Below, piece by piece: positions 12,790 through 25,216 of a stretch of DNA of 64,000 nt. The position numbers and the translations under genes were made by a program. The first letter of the stretch is position 1; the number at the start of each line of letters is the position of its first letter. The stretch covers positions 42,718,001 through 42,782,000 of the forward strand of contig OX597815.1 in the NCBI GenBank assembly GCA_951406725.2, in the 5' to 3' direction. A model generated the notes under the pieces. The model was given only the letters and a program-made list of their open reading frames with translations. It did not search any database and had not been told where the DNA came from. This DNA comes from Octopus vulgaris (taxonomy: Eukaryota).

Positions 12790-14793
12790 TTGTATATCTG
12801 TCACTCGTTTTAAGTTATAGATATCTGGAGCAAGCAATGATCTTTAAAATTCATGAGATTCGGAAGATGAAGTTAGCTTTTAAATTAATGCTCATGAATG
12901 CTCTGATAAGTTCGACATATTTTTACGTTAGTTTTTACATCAGCAATTTCTACTTTTTTTCCATATCGATTTCTCCTGTAATTCTTATAAATAACTGTAA
13001 ATACTTCATGCAATGTTTTTTTTTTCTAAATAGGCATTTTATTAACAAGCTATATTTTAACATACTGAATGCCTTTAAGATGTTTAGTGCTTTGGGTTTC
13101 TAGCTTTTCCTTACATTTTAGTTTGGTCGGGTCAAATAACAAATTGGTTTCTACAAGAATACAAATATTAATGAAAGTACATTCCATGAAATCCAACCCC
13201 ATTATTTGACTGTTTATGTTTTAATGGTCCCAGGGGGTATCAAATCCAAAGTCGACCACGGAAGGAATTGAAACCAGAATGCAACATATATATAGAAATG
13301 TTGCAAGACACTTAACCTGTCATTAACCCATCACTCTCTACTTAAACATGAATATTAATTTATTTTAATGAGGCACAAATAAGATCAGTCCATTAAGTCT
13401 TCTACTGTATATTAGATACACAGTAGTATATATTAGAGCATAAAGATACAATGGAGTTCAATAAATTTTCTAGAGAGTGAAATACCATAATTCATCATGT
13501 CTGTTTTCCTACTAAAATATCAACATTTGAGTTGACAAGATTGATTTGTCAACTCAAATATTAACTTATTTGTTACTAATATTCGTTGATTTATTATTAT
13601 TATTTAAATAATTGTTGTTCCTGATGTTGTGGCTCAATCCAGTTTAGCCTTGATCGAGCAAAATTACTGTTCTGTTCTAATTACCATTGTTTTCCATTTT
13701 GGTCAACAAACAATTTTCGCTCTAGCCACCAGACTGAGAATAAACTGACTGCACTTTTCGACTAAAATGAAAGCAGTGGAGTGATATTTACGATAAAATC
13801 GGTTGATAACCGAATCCACATTATCTGTTTAAGAAAGCTCTACAAGCCAGCAACGCTCGGACACTGAATGCATGTTTGTAGAGTCGTCCATCGGTCCGCT
13901 TACATCTTGAACAAGACCAGTTGAGAGCTCTGCCTAACTTGTAGAGGTCATCCTGATTCAGTAATGCTCATAATAACACGACTAGATCAAGGATTTTTAG
14001 GTGTCATGATCCTCGGACTGAAGTTCTCCAAAATGGAATTTTAGTTGATCCTTATCTCTTTCAGAGACCTTTATCGTACTTGATCGCCACCAAGCTTTTA
14101 TAAAAGGCAAAGGATTGATATTCCACCGTTCGTGTTGGTAGAGGCACTGTGAGTACCTGATAACATTTCGTATGGAAGATGTGTAGTCTTCGTATACGTC
14201 TGACTCAGGGATGCGACTTAGTTAAAGGGACTTATTTAAAGAGACATTTGTGGTTAAACAGATGAGACAAACGGATCAGTCAGATTATATAAGGCTATGC
14301 AAGTTACACCATACAGAGAGTATTATCAGCTGATTGACATTCAGTTTATTGGAAAGTGCCCTTTACACAAGAAATAAAAGTTAAGATACTCCATTCTAGT
14401 TGGTAACCAATCACAGAGGCGCTGTATGTGGAGACCACTTCTACTTGAATATTGAGGAGTAACTTCCTTTCAGTTCATTTCCTAGTTTTGTCTGAAACTC
14501 TGACTAGAATCAATCCCAAATATCTTAAGATGATCATCGGTTCAGTGACTTACAACATTATTTGACGTTGACTTGTCTTTCTAATTTGTAAGCCGCTGAT
14601 TTGCTCTGGTGAATGTGAAACCGGATATATTACGCATCGTGAAACCGGACATATTACATATCATCTCAAATACTTTGAAGATACCTTTAATCCTAGACAA
14701 CCGAACAGTCCAATTTTCTTTGTTTCTCAAAGCTCCTCCGTAGTAAAGATAGAAAATGACTGTAGACATGTGTCGTGATTCTTACCAAAGCGT

Positions 14794-14794
<1 letters not shown>

Positions 14795-14827
<33 letters not shown>

Positions 14828-14907
14828 CGGACACACACGCACACACACACACACACACACAACACACAGACACACACAACACACAGACACACACTCACAC
14901 ACACACA

Positions 14908-14959
<52 letters not shown>

Positions 14960-14980
14960 ATCGCGCATACACGCACACAA
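14795..14980. repeat. Compound (CT)n/(CA)n microsatellite
   Basis: Direct reading; explains four overlapping spurious ORFs. Confidence 0.95.
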
Positions 14981-15516
14981 AAGCATACTGCTATATTTAG
15001 AGAGCGCTTGCAGACAGTTCATCTCCGATAAATTCATCGTCAGGTCAATCCTTTGGCAGTATTTGAATCAGAATGCCACTAGATTATCAAATGCTACTTG
15101 AAAAGATATTAAACTGATGTACAGAAATTCAAAATGTCTGCTTTTCTTGGTATTGAGATGTCGGAAATAACGAATATTGAACTGTAGTCACGAAAAGAAA
15201 AGAAGCCAATGAAAGTATTAAAACAAAATATTTACTTTGACAAAATTTCTTATTTTTATTTATTTTTTCAGTTTCTACGTTTATTTTTATTTTAGTGAAC
15301 ACATCAAAACAAAGAAATGTACGAAAAATGATAGATATAGCATATAGGTATTTATATAAATATTAGATTAAAAAATATAACACCATTTATTAAAATATTT
15401 TAATATCTGTCAAGAATACACCTAGACAGAAATATCAGCTAAAAACTAAATTGAATAAAAAAAAACTAAACTATTAAAATATCAATTCTTAGGCGATTAT
15501 TATAATTATAATTATA

Positions 15517-15566
<50 letters not shown>

Positions 15567-15605
15567 CCTCATCATCATCATCATCATCATCATCATTATT
15601 ATTAT

Positions 15606-17985
15606 TCCTGTCTTTGCACAGCATCTAACGCTGAAGATGTACTACGGTGTAAGCATGTTCCCTACCAGTGAACTAAGGTAACACCCTTTATTACCGAGCA
15701 CCATCTGGTGTATTCGTGTGGTTCCAAGCAGTGGTGTTTTCTGCAAGTGTTCCACCCTTACTGCATCCCCTATTTGTTCTATGTATTTCTCAAGATTTTT
15801 ACTCACTGTGCTCAGGACACCGACACTTATTGGTACTACTACCACTTTTTTCAGCGACCACAACTGCTTAACCTCCCAAGCTAACCTATCATATCTATCG
15901 ACTTTTCTTTCTTCCTCATAACATACCTTGTTGTCAGCTGGGCATGCTATATCTATAATCTAGCATCGTTTGCTTTCTTTCTCAATTAAAACTATGCCTG
16001 ATTTCCTATTCTCTATCTCATGGTCACACTGTATCATAAAATTCCATAGGATCTTTGCATTATCATTTTCGGTGATGCCTTCGGATTTATGTTCGTATCA
16101 CTTTTTGGCTCTGTCAAATTCATACTTGTTGCAAATTGTCAAATGGAAAATCCTTGCTATGTTATCATGATGTCTCTTATATTCTTTCTGGGCCAGTGGC
16201 GTACATTGACTGGTAATATGCTATAAGATTTCACCATGTTGTCCACAAATTCTGCACTTATCTCTTTCTGATGTGTTATCTATTCTGTATTTGATGTAAT
16301 CCGTTCTAAATGATTGCTCTTGGGCAGCACAAATTAGAGCTTCCGTTTCCGGTTTTAAATCATCCATAGCCATCTTTTTTCTCTGTCTGTCTTATCTTCA
16401 ACGTACCTATGAAATTATCCCTACATTCTTTTCTTTACCCATTTTCAGTTCAATTCATTCTCAAGTCCTTTGCAATCTTCCATCTTACACAAGCCTGACC
16501 TTTCTTCCAATAATGGTGGTTCTGTGGCATTTTTTACATACCATGCTATGTTGTTTTCTACTTTACTACTGTGTTCGCATCCAATCAGTCCTCTTCCCCT
16601 CTTTTTCTTGGTACATACAGTCAGTCTGTGTCACCTTTTGGGTGGAGTATACCATATAGAGTCAGCAACCTCCTTGTCTTTCTGTCTAAGCTGTTTAGTT
16701 CATCTACTGTCCATGTGATTACCTCTACTCCATATCTACGGAGTGAAACCGCCCAGGTGTTGATAACTTCAATCTTACTCCGTCCATTTAATTTTGACTT
16801 AAGGATCAGTCTCAGTCTGCGCAAGTATTCCACCTTAAATTTTTCTGTCATTTCTTTCTCCATAAATTTATCTATTTCCAATATCCCCAAATGCTTATAG
16901 CCCATCTCTTCTATCTGCTTCATAACCTCCCCCGACGGTATCGCTAGCCCATCCATACATATGATTTTGCCACTCCTCAAGACTAACACACCACACTTTT
17001 TCAGTCCGAACTCCATTCTGATATCAGCACTGAAAGTATACACCGTATCAAAGAGGAAACTGACTTGAAATTCATCTTTACTATAAAGTTTAAGGTCATC
17101 CATGAATAACAAATGGTTGACTTTTGTTAGCGGCTCATGAATACATACCCAGCCTTTATTTTCTTCAGGACCAGAGGTAATCGTATCATGCAGAGTACAA
17201 AGATCAGTGGGGACAGGCAGTCCCCTTGGAAGACGCCTCTCTTGGTTTCTATTCTCCCTAAACTTCTTCCATATGCTGTCAGTTCCTTCCTCCACTTCGC
17301 CATACTTTTTCTAATCAAACGCTCGATATTCGATGCAATACCAAATAGGTTCATACATTCCATAATTCAAGAATGTAGGATCATATCGTACGCCTTATAA
17401 TAATCGATCAATGACATGGCTAAGTTAGTTTTCCTCCTCTTGCAGTCTCTAAGTACAGTTTTGTCTACCAGGAGTTTGATCCTTGGTACCTCTGCAATTA
17501 CGCTTGCAAAGCTTCTGCTCATGTGGAAGGATTCCATTTTTTCAAGATGTTCGTACTTTGACTCTGCGACTATTCCAGTTAATAATTTCCACATAAGTGG
17601 CAAGCAGGATTTTGGCCTGCAATTGTGCAGCTATTCGTGCATCACATCAAATCTTTTGATCCAGTAACATTGGACTCCATTTGGTTCCGGGGCCATCCAG
17701 TTGCCCAATTTTTATTGATTTCCTTCACTTCCCTAACTGAAATAACTAGGTTTGCCTGTTTTGGACAGACTACTGTTTGTTTCAGTTCTTGTAACCATTC
17801 AGTATCCTTCTTATGCTCCTTGCCTTTGCTCCTGATGTCACTCCAAAACGTTTGACTTTCAATGTTATCTGGTATCAACTTTTCATCTGTACACTCTCCA
17901 TTTATTTCTTATTGCTCTAACTTGATCGCATAATCTCTGTCCCGTGATTTGAAACAATCCTCTTTCTCTCCATTGATCATACATA
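15606..17985 (-). mobile_element. 5'-truncated, frameshifted R4/Dong-clade non-LTR retrotransposon (RT, CCHC zinc knuckle, restriction-like endonuclease)
   Basis: Motifs IDYYKAYDMI, GVFQGDCLSPLIF, HLLFMDDLKLY, YKHLGILE, INTWAVS and C-terminal LQKTPLLGTTRI; the 3' end abuts (TAA)n at 15500-15605. Confidence 0.9.
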
Positions 17986-18138
17986 CGTTGTCTGCATCCC
18001 CTAATATGAACATCAATTTCGTCCACAGGGTTGCTAAGGTAGTAACACTCCATGACCACAGCATTGACTTATTTGTTCCATCTACGCTGCGGTATAAAAG
18101 ATGGGCTACAGAAAATATTATTATTATTATTTTTTTAA

Positions 18139-18216
<78 letters not shown>

Positions 18217-18244
18217 CATTATTATTATTATCATTATCATTATA

Positions 18245-19285
18245 GGCATTTTTACTTTTAATCTGCATGTTTATTACAGTCACTTGCCGAGACACACCCA
18301 TCGTCTTGAGGCGAGGGAAGGATAATAGATGTTACAGTATGACTGAAAGCTTGGGAAGGGGAGCTATTGAAATATCTTCATGTAATAAAACACAGACATT
18401 TAAATAGATAGGGTTTTTGTAAGGATGTGGGCAGTACTTGTCTGTACAATGTTGTGGATTTCTCTGAGACATAGTTCTCCTGGGATCTTACATAAAAGCT
18501 TCCGGTATCCCTTTTTTTTTTATCATACCAAGGAAACCTACAATAGCAAGAAAAGTTCTCGTTTTACGATGCCACATATTTTATATTTCAATTTCCAGGT
18601 CCTTATATTTACTTACTTTGTCAAATTCCTTGACAGATATATTTTTTATCAGTGGAAACACTAACACCTATTACTCTTTTTTACTCTTTTAGTGTACAAG
18701 TTTTTTCTTTCTCCATCAAGATAGTGGAATTTTTACCTTAAACGACTGGCTCAGGATGATGTTCATACCAGTAAACATGAGTGCTGATTTTGTAGTGTTT
18801 ACTTATTTCCCAATTCACATACTGTCCTGCTCTATCTTGGAGATTTTTATATTCGTTTGGTCTTAGCACAGGACATCCCGAGACGAGGTGGTTTATTGTT
18901 TCGTCAAATGTGTCGCAGAATCTACATTTACGGTCAGAACCGTTGCAAAGAACGTTAACCTGGTAGTGTTTTGTGAGCAAGTTTTGGGCTTGTGCCGCCA
19001 ATATGGAACCTTCAGTCTCTGCTTTCAGCCCTGAACTTTTCAGCCACTGATGGGTTGTTGATTGGTTTACATCAGTATTTCAACTTCGAAGTATATACTG
19101 TCCATGCAGAAGCTTCTGACTCCATCACTCGTCAATTTGTTTTTGCTCGTTCTTTTTTGCGGTCTGCTTGATCCATTTCGCTTGTTTTGTGTCAGTGGTT
19201 TCATGTTCTTGAACTATATCAGGATTAATGTCAAGTTGCCTTGCGAATTTGCAAGCTTGCTTGACAATCGAAAGTGATTTTTTGC
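18245..19285 (-). mobile_element. 3' fragment of a second R4/Dong-clade LINE
   Basis: AAQAQNL...CRFC...ETINHLVSGC zinc knuckle, WYEHHPEPV and a KYKDLEIEI-like segment; the 3' UTR ends in (TAA)n at 18120-18240. Confidence 0.85.
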
Positions 19286-19307
19286 TTTACTACTACTACT
19301 ACTACTA

Positions 19308-19346
<39 letters not shown>

Positions 19347-19719
19347 TTGTTTTTAAAATTGTAAATACTTATCGCATTTCTAATGCTTTTCTTTATATCT
19401 GAATATATTTTTCTTCTTTTTGGTTGTTTTATTTTCCGTGAAGAAATTTATGATGTTTAGTCGTGATCAACATAACGTATTTTCCGGCATACGAGCCAAC
19501 GTAGTATATATTTAGTGTAGATATTTAAATATTACCGTGCCGCATTTCACATACAATTTTTTAGAGTTCTAAATTCGTCTTGGTATATAAGTCGACGTAT
19601 TTTCTTTGCAAATTTTGCTATGAAAAATTTCACTTCTTTTTTCGCAACAGAGTCAAATAATTTTCAGCATAGCAGTTATTCTACTTATTATCTGTTCTAT
19701 CTGTTATCGTCTACGCATT

Positions 19720-19909
19720 TTAGTCATTAGACTGTGGTCATACTGGTAAACATCCATGAAGGATTTAGTCTTACATTTCGATCCCAGCACTTATTTTTTT
19801 ATTAGCCTACTGCTTATTCTATTATCACTTTTGCCGAATCACTAAGTTACTGGGGACATAACAAACCAACACCAATTATCAAGCGGTGTGGTACAAATAC
19901 ACACACACA

Positions 19910-19910
<1 letters not shown>
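19720..19910 (-). mobile_element. SINE family B, 3' part (diverged)
   Basis: tttgccgaatcactaagttac...aaaccaacacc matches the family B body; a similar fragment lies at about 21915-22110. Confidence 0.65.
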
Positions 19911-19992
<82 letters not shown>

Positions 19993-21424
19993 GTCTGTCT
20001 GTCTGCCTGTCTGTCTGCATGTCTGTCTATTTGGTTATGTAATTCCCACTAAATGTCTTTAGTGCCTTTCTTTATATGTGTGTGTGTGTATATGTGTGCT
20101 CGTGGAAAACTCACAAAACTTGGTCACTTTGACCACTGGGTCAAGTGCTCTCTCCCCCACCACCCTCCCTCAATTTCATCCACTTTTCAGCACATTTACA
20201 GGAAGGCAGCACTTATTTCTCTACCTTCACTTTTCATTTCAAGGGAAATATGAAAAATTCGATGAAACCTTGGCCAAAGAAGGAAGTGTATCTTCAAGCA
20301 TTTCAGTCAGGTCCACTATACAACGTCATCCACAAAAGCTACAAGAAAGACAAACACTGCCTATCTTTCCCGGCTGCATCTTAGGCCTCCAACGGTCAAA
20401 GTTTACTCTACATTTGCATTTGTATGTGCAGGTTTGGGCAAGTTTTACTAGTGGAACAGCAGCAGATTCCTATACATGCAAGTTTTCTCTACCCATGTCA
20501 CTGATTGGACCAAGAAAAGGTCAACGACTGATAACAAATTAGACGTTGCTGTCAGAACGCAATTACCTGAAACAGATACCGAAAATATCGCTTTCTGATG
20601 TCCTAGGACTTCCACTAATCGCCCATCGTAGGTTGCTACATTTTTGTTAAAAAACGACAGAGTTGATCTCGGCCGATTTTGAACCCAGGGTGCGGAGAGT
20701 TGGCACAAATACTGCGACGCGAGAGCTCCATCCAACAACATGAGAATGCTATCGATTCGCACCTTCAACAATAATGAATAATTTACTTACTTTTACTACA
20801 ACATACAAATAAAAGCTAATTAATAAGTATGGGGTGTGCAAAAAAAGAAAGTTGAAATATATATTTTCACCTTAGCTAAATTACTATTTCTGGTGTAGTA
20901 TCGACGGAAACAAACACACTTCTTATAAGTTGAGTCATTACTAACGCAGTCTTATCCTTTAACTTAAAATCCTAAGATGTTATCTGCAAGAAGTAGCATA
21001 TGTACATTAGAGATAAATCCTTGAGACACTAATCTGGGATATTAATCTAATGTAGGATCACCGGAATCGTTGGCTTCCCCGAAGAAACGTGGTCTTCTGT
21101 ACAGAGACATTTGAATAATACATCTGATCACGCTAACATGAGTAAATTTTGAGAGCAACGCACACACGCGCGCGCACACACCCACCCACACACACACGCG
21201 CGCGCTCACACGCAGTTCAGACCCGTACAAGTATACAAGTACAAACATACGCACGCACACACGCATACATACATAGAGCATGAACATATATGTTGTTTAT
21301 ACCTAATTTTCTGAATACACGGATACTTACGACACACACATGTATATGTGTATGTATTAATGTATATGTGTATGTATTAGTTCGTGTGTATGTACGTGCG
21401 TGTGTGTGCATGCGTGTGTGTGTG

Positions 21425-21465
<41 letters not shown>

Positions 21466-22181
21466 CATTGTATTTTCAGAGGCATGAAACTTATAGTAGC
21501 TCGCAGATAAATCTTGTTTATATGTATGTGCGCATGCGTGTGTGTATGTATGTGTAGGTGTCTGTGTGTGTATGTGTGTGTTTGCATTTTGGTTACTAGC
21601 TTGTGGTATATATGCTATTAGAGGGAGATTATGTGACAAGGAGGAGACAAACACAGTTAATACGTAAGCTCAGGCAAGTGAAAAACCTGGTTAAAAGAGA
21701 GTAAAAATACGATACGAAGCGATAACAAGGATATGTAAAATGAAAATAAATGCACCAAAAAAAAAATGTGGACAGGAATAAAAGATTTCGAGTGATGCCC
21801 TATATCAATCAGAAGGTGAAGAAATAAAAGACAGGCCAGAGAATAGGTAAAAGAAATGATATTGATTTAACGACGTCTGCTTCTATGCTAGGCATAGTAA
21901 ACAGATATATCCTTTATTTTTTACTTGCTTCTATCAGTGGAGTGTAACCCACGCCAGGGCATCGACTTGGAGGGTTCAGTCGACCATATCGACTCTGTAC
22001 TTATTTGTGTAAAGCCTGTCATTTTGTCGCTCTTTTTTTTGCTGAAGTACTAAAGTACGGGGACGTAAACAAACTGACACATGTTGTCAGATGGTGAGTG
22101 GAGCGCACACAAATACAGACACACCCATGCATGCACACGCACACACACAAGCACACACGCACGCAGAGAAAGAGAGAGAAA

Positions 22182-22236
<55 letters not shown>

Positions 22237-24200
22237 TACTCAATACATTTAGCAGGAGTTATGTAAACGAAATCTGTTTGTTAAGTCTGAAAGAGCTAGG
22301 TTTCTGTAAAGAAGGGTGCGGAATTTTAAATCACATGGAGCCGAATCAAAATGTTTTAAATACTACTACTAAATTGTGTGTGTGTATGTATGTGTGGGTG
22401 TGTATGTGTGTAGTGTAGTGTATTGTTCCGTTGATGGTAGTATCAGAGAGCGGTTTTATTTTGTTCTGAGCCTGAATGATTGCTTGAAAACACACGAGAC
22501 ACTGTACAATCTCGTCAAAGCGTTGTATTTCCAGAGGCATGAAACTTATAATAGCTCACGTTTAATTATTGCTTGTGTGTGTGTGTGTGTGTGTGTTTGT
22601 GTGTGTTTGCATTTTGGTTTCTGGCTTTTGGTATATATGTTATTAGTGTAGCATCTATTGTCTGATGTGCAACCGCACTGCGCAGAGAAAAAAAAATTCA
22701 ACTTTGAGTTATAAGCAGCACTAAAAATATAAACATTATCGATACCATATATCGTTTACGCCTTATCGTTAACCGAAATATCTATATCCTCCGTTCTCGA
22801 TCATTCACGGGACGAATTGTCTCACCTAGTTTCATTATTTAATGTCTTGGTTTTTCAACACTGCGTCTTAAAGTGACAGTTCGCCTGGCATTGCGCCGCA
22901 CTTAAGAAGCGAATTAACAAAACACATACAGTAATTATGTAGTATCGATAATGTTTGAATTATTAGAGTTGCTTGTATTTATGTTCTGAGTTCAAATTCT
23001 GCCGAGGCTGGCTATGCCTTTCCTTTTCTCGGGGTCGATAATATAAATACCTGTTGAATACAAAGTTCAATGCAATTGACTAATCCACTCCCCTGAAATG
23101 GTGGCCTTTTGTCAAACCTTAAAACCATTATTAGCGTTGCTTGTAATTCATACTTTAATATATGGGTGCAAATATGTATATGAATGCATATCAATGACAG
23201 AGGAGTGAGGGAGATGAAATAATTTAAGAATGGAACAAAAATGCGAGTCAATTATTTTAGCTTGTGAAAGCAGCTTATGAAATGAGTTAATTTGTCTGAG
23301 GAATTATTGCTGCTAGATCTTGAATCTTCTCTGTTATAAATGTGTTTCAGTGTAACTTACAGTTTTTAATGAGACTTCGACTTATTTTTTCATTTAAATA
23401 TCCTTCATTTGTTTGCTGTTTTTTCTATGGTCAATTATGCAAAACGGAATTTGTTTTTAGGATAATTTCAAGTATACATAATATATACATTGTTCATTTG
23501 TTATGTGACACTAGAATTACTAGGTTTTACATCAAAATTACAAGCTTGTCAGTGTAATTTATGTACCTAATTATGTCAGTGTTCTGTAAGGGTTAAATTT
23601 GCAAAAATTGTTTTTACATTCGCTGGGTATTTAACTTTACTTACGTCGCTTACGCCACAGGAAAACATAGTCATACCGTTACTAACTTCTCTTTCTCCTG
23701 AAGGCAATTGAGCTAATCCTTCATTCATTTGATGTGGCGTTCCATTTAACGTACCTGTAAGTGAAATAAATACTTTATCAGTTTTCCCCATTTTCTTATA
23801 AATCCATTCAAAATACATTAAAAAAATAGCTGATTTAATAAATTCTTACGCCTCTGGTATTTTGTCTCTGAAATTCGATGTAAGAATAAATATGTCTGTG
23901 TCTATATAGTACCAAAAAAATTGTATATAAAATTTGTTTTCTGAAAATTGCATTTGATATTGCACAGAATTTCCTGGGGATCTTAGCAACTATTTAGCGG
24001 CAAGTATTTCAGCAGATTAACTTACAATCAAGCTACTCAGCGCGTGATATCAGACATTCTGTAGTGGCGTAGACTGAAAGTTGCACACGGCAGAAGAAGT
24101 TAACAGCTCGTTGCAGTTTTGCTTGTCAGCTAGTTTCCTGGAAAATGTCGTTCATCCCTTTACTGTGCTTTGCATGTGCACACACACACACACATACATG

Positions 24201-24242
<42 letters not shown>

Positions 24243-24336
24243 CAAAGTAATATATGGAAAGCTTATCTTCAGACATATACACATACTTATATGTATGTAT
24301 AAATATGTATGTATAAATACTTATATGTATGTATAT

Positions 24337-24568
24337 AAGGCGGCGAGCAAGCAGAAACGTTAGCACGCCGGGCGAAATGCGTAGCCGTATTTCGTCTGCC
24401 GTTACGTTCTGATTTCAAATTCCGCCGAGGTCGACTTTGCCTTTCATCCTTTCGGAGTCGATAAATTAAGTACCAGTTACGCACTGGGGTCGATGTAATC
24501 GACTTAATCCGTTTGTCTGTCCTTGTTTATCCCCTCTGTGTTTAGTCCCTTGTGGGTAGTAAAGAAAT
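24337..24568 (+). mobile_element. tRNA-derived SINE, family A, full length, young
   Basis: aaggcggcgag...gcagaaacgttagc head, ttcaaattccgcc B-box region and gtaaagaaata tail; flanking direct repeat tatatgtatgtata. Confidence 0.9.
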
Positions 24569-24668
24569 ATATATGTATGTATAGTATACACATGTACATG
24601 TGTTTGTAATTATATACGTATATATGTATAGAAAGAAAATAATATATTTGTTTTATTATATTTTTCAG

Positions 24669-25216
24669 GTGACTTGTTTATCCTCGTCTATTCTATCGAC
24701 AGCCGAGAGTCTTTTGAAGAAGCTATTCGACTACGAGAACAAATTCTAGAATGCAAAGGTCACTGTGCAGGTTTAAAGAGTCAAAAGACTTTGGATATCC
24801 CAATGGTTATTGTCGGTAACAAAGCTGACAAAGAAAGTGAAAGGGTTGTCGAAGCCTCAGAAGTGACTAAGCAGATAGAAGGGCAGCATGGCTGCGCTTT
24901 CGTTGAATCATCAGCAAAAAAGAGCGTTAATGTTGATGAAGTATTTCTACGTTTATTTGAAATTGCTAAACTCCCTTCAGAAATGAGTCCATCAATGCAC
25001 CGCCGAGTTCAGCCAACATATATTGGTTCAACTAGTGGTAACAATCAAAGAAAAGGTATGTCTATTCGACGAAAAATGAGTGATGCTTGTGGAACTGTTG
25101 CACCAAACGTACGTAGACCAAGTATTAGAACTGACCTGCTTGTTGCTCAGACAAGGACAGGACGCACTAAAACCTCACCAGATGGAGCACGTGAATCCAA
25201 ATGTCTGATACAGTGA
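24669..25216 (+). CDS. RASD2: Terminal coding exon of a RASD family (Rhes/Dexras1-like) small GTPase
   Basis: Acceptor tttttcag|gt gac ttg gives (G)DLFILVYSIDSRESFEE. Contains G4 VGNKAD, G5 ESSAK, LPSEMSP, DACG...RRPSIRTDL and a CaaX CLIQ stop. The TTG 'start' in the ORF track is not a real start. The symbol denotes the family; it is probably co-orthologous to RASD1 and RASD2. Confidence 0.92.

Noticed and set aside
14615-14662. 24-bp tandem duplication (also about 31053-31088 and 54209-54240) as CRISPR-like repeats
   Set aside because: Two adjacent copies without spacers in eukaryotic DNA; simple slippage.
19472-19610. Resemblance to a pogo/Tc2-like terminal repeat (cgtattttccggc, tataagtcgac)
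   Set aside because: No partner inverted repeat or transposase found.
20078-20542. 154-aa ORF as a possible upstream RASD exon
   Set aside because: No P-loop, effector or DxxG motif in the listed frames.
24337-24430. SINE heads as tRNA genes
   Set aside because: A/B-box-like motifs run into SINE bodies, and no intact cloverleaf is evident.
24674-24676. TTG start codon of the RASD-like ORF
   Set aside because: Homology continues upstream across a canonical AG acceptor at 24667-24668; this is an internal codon.
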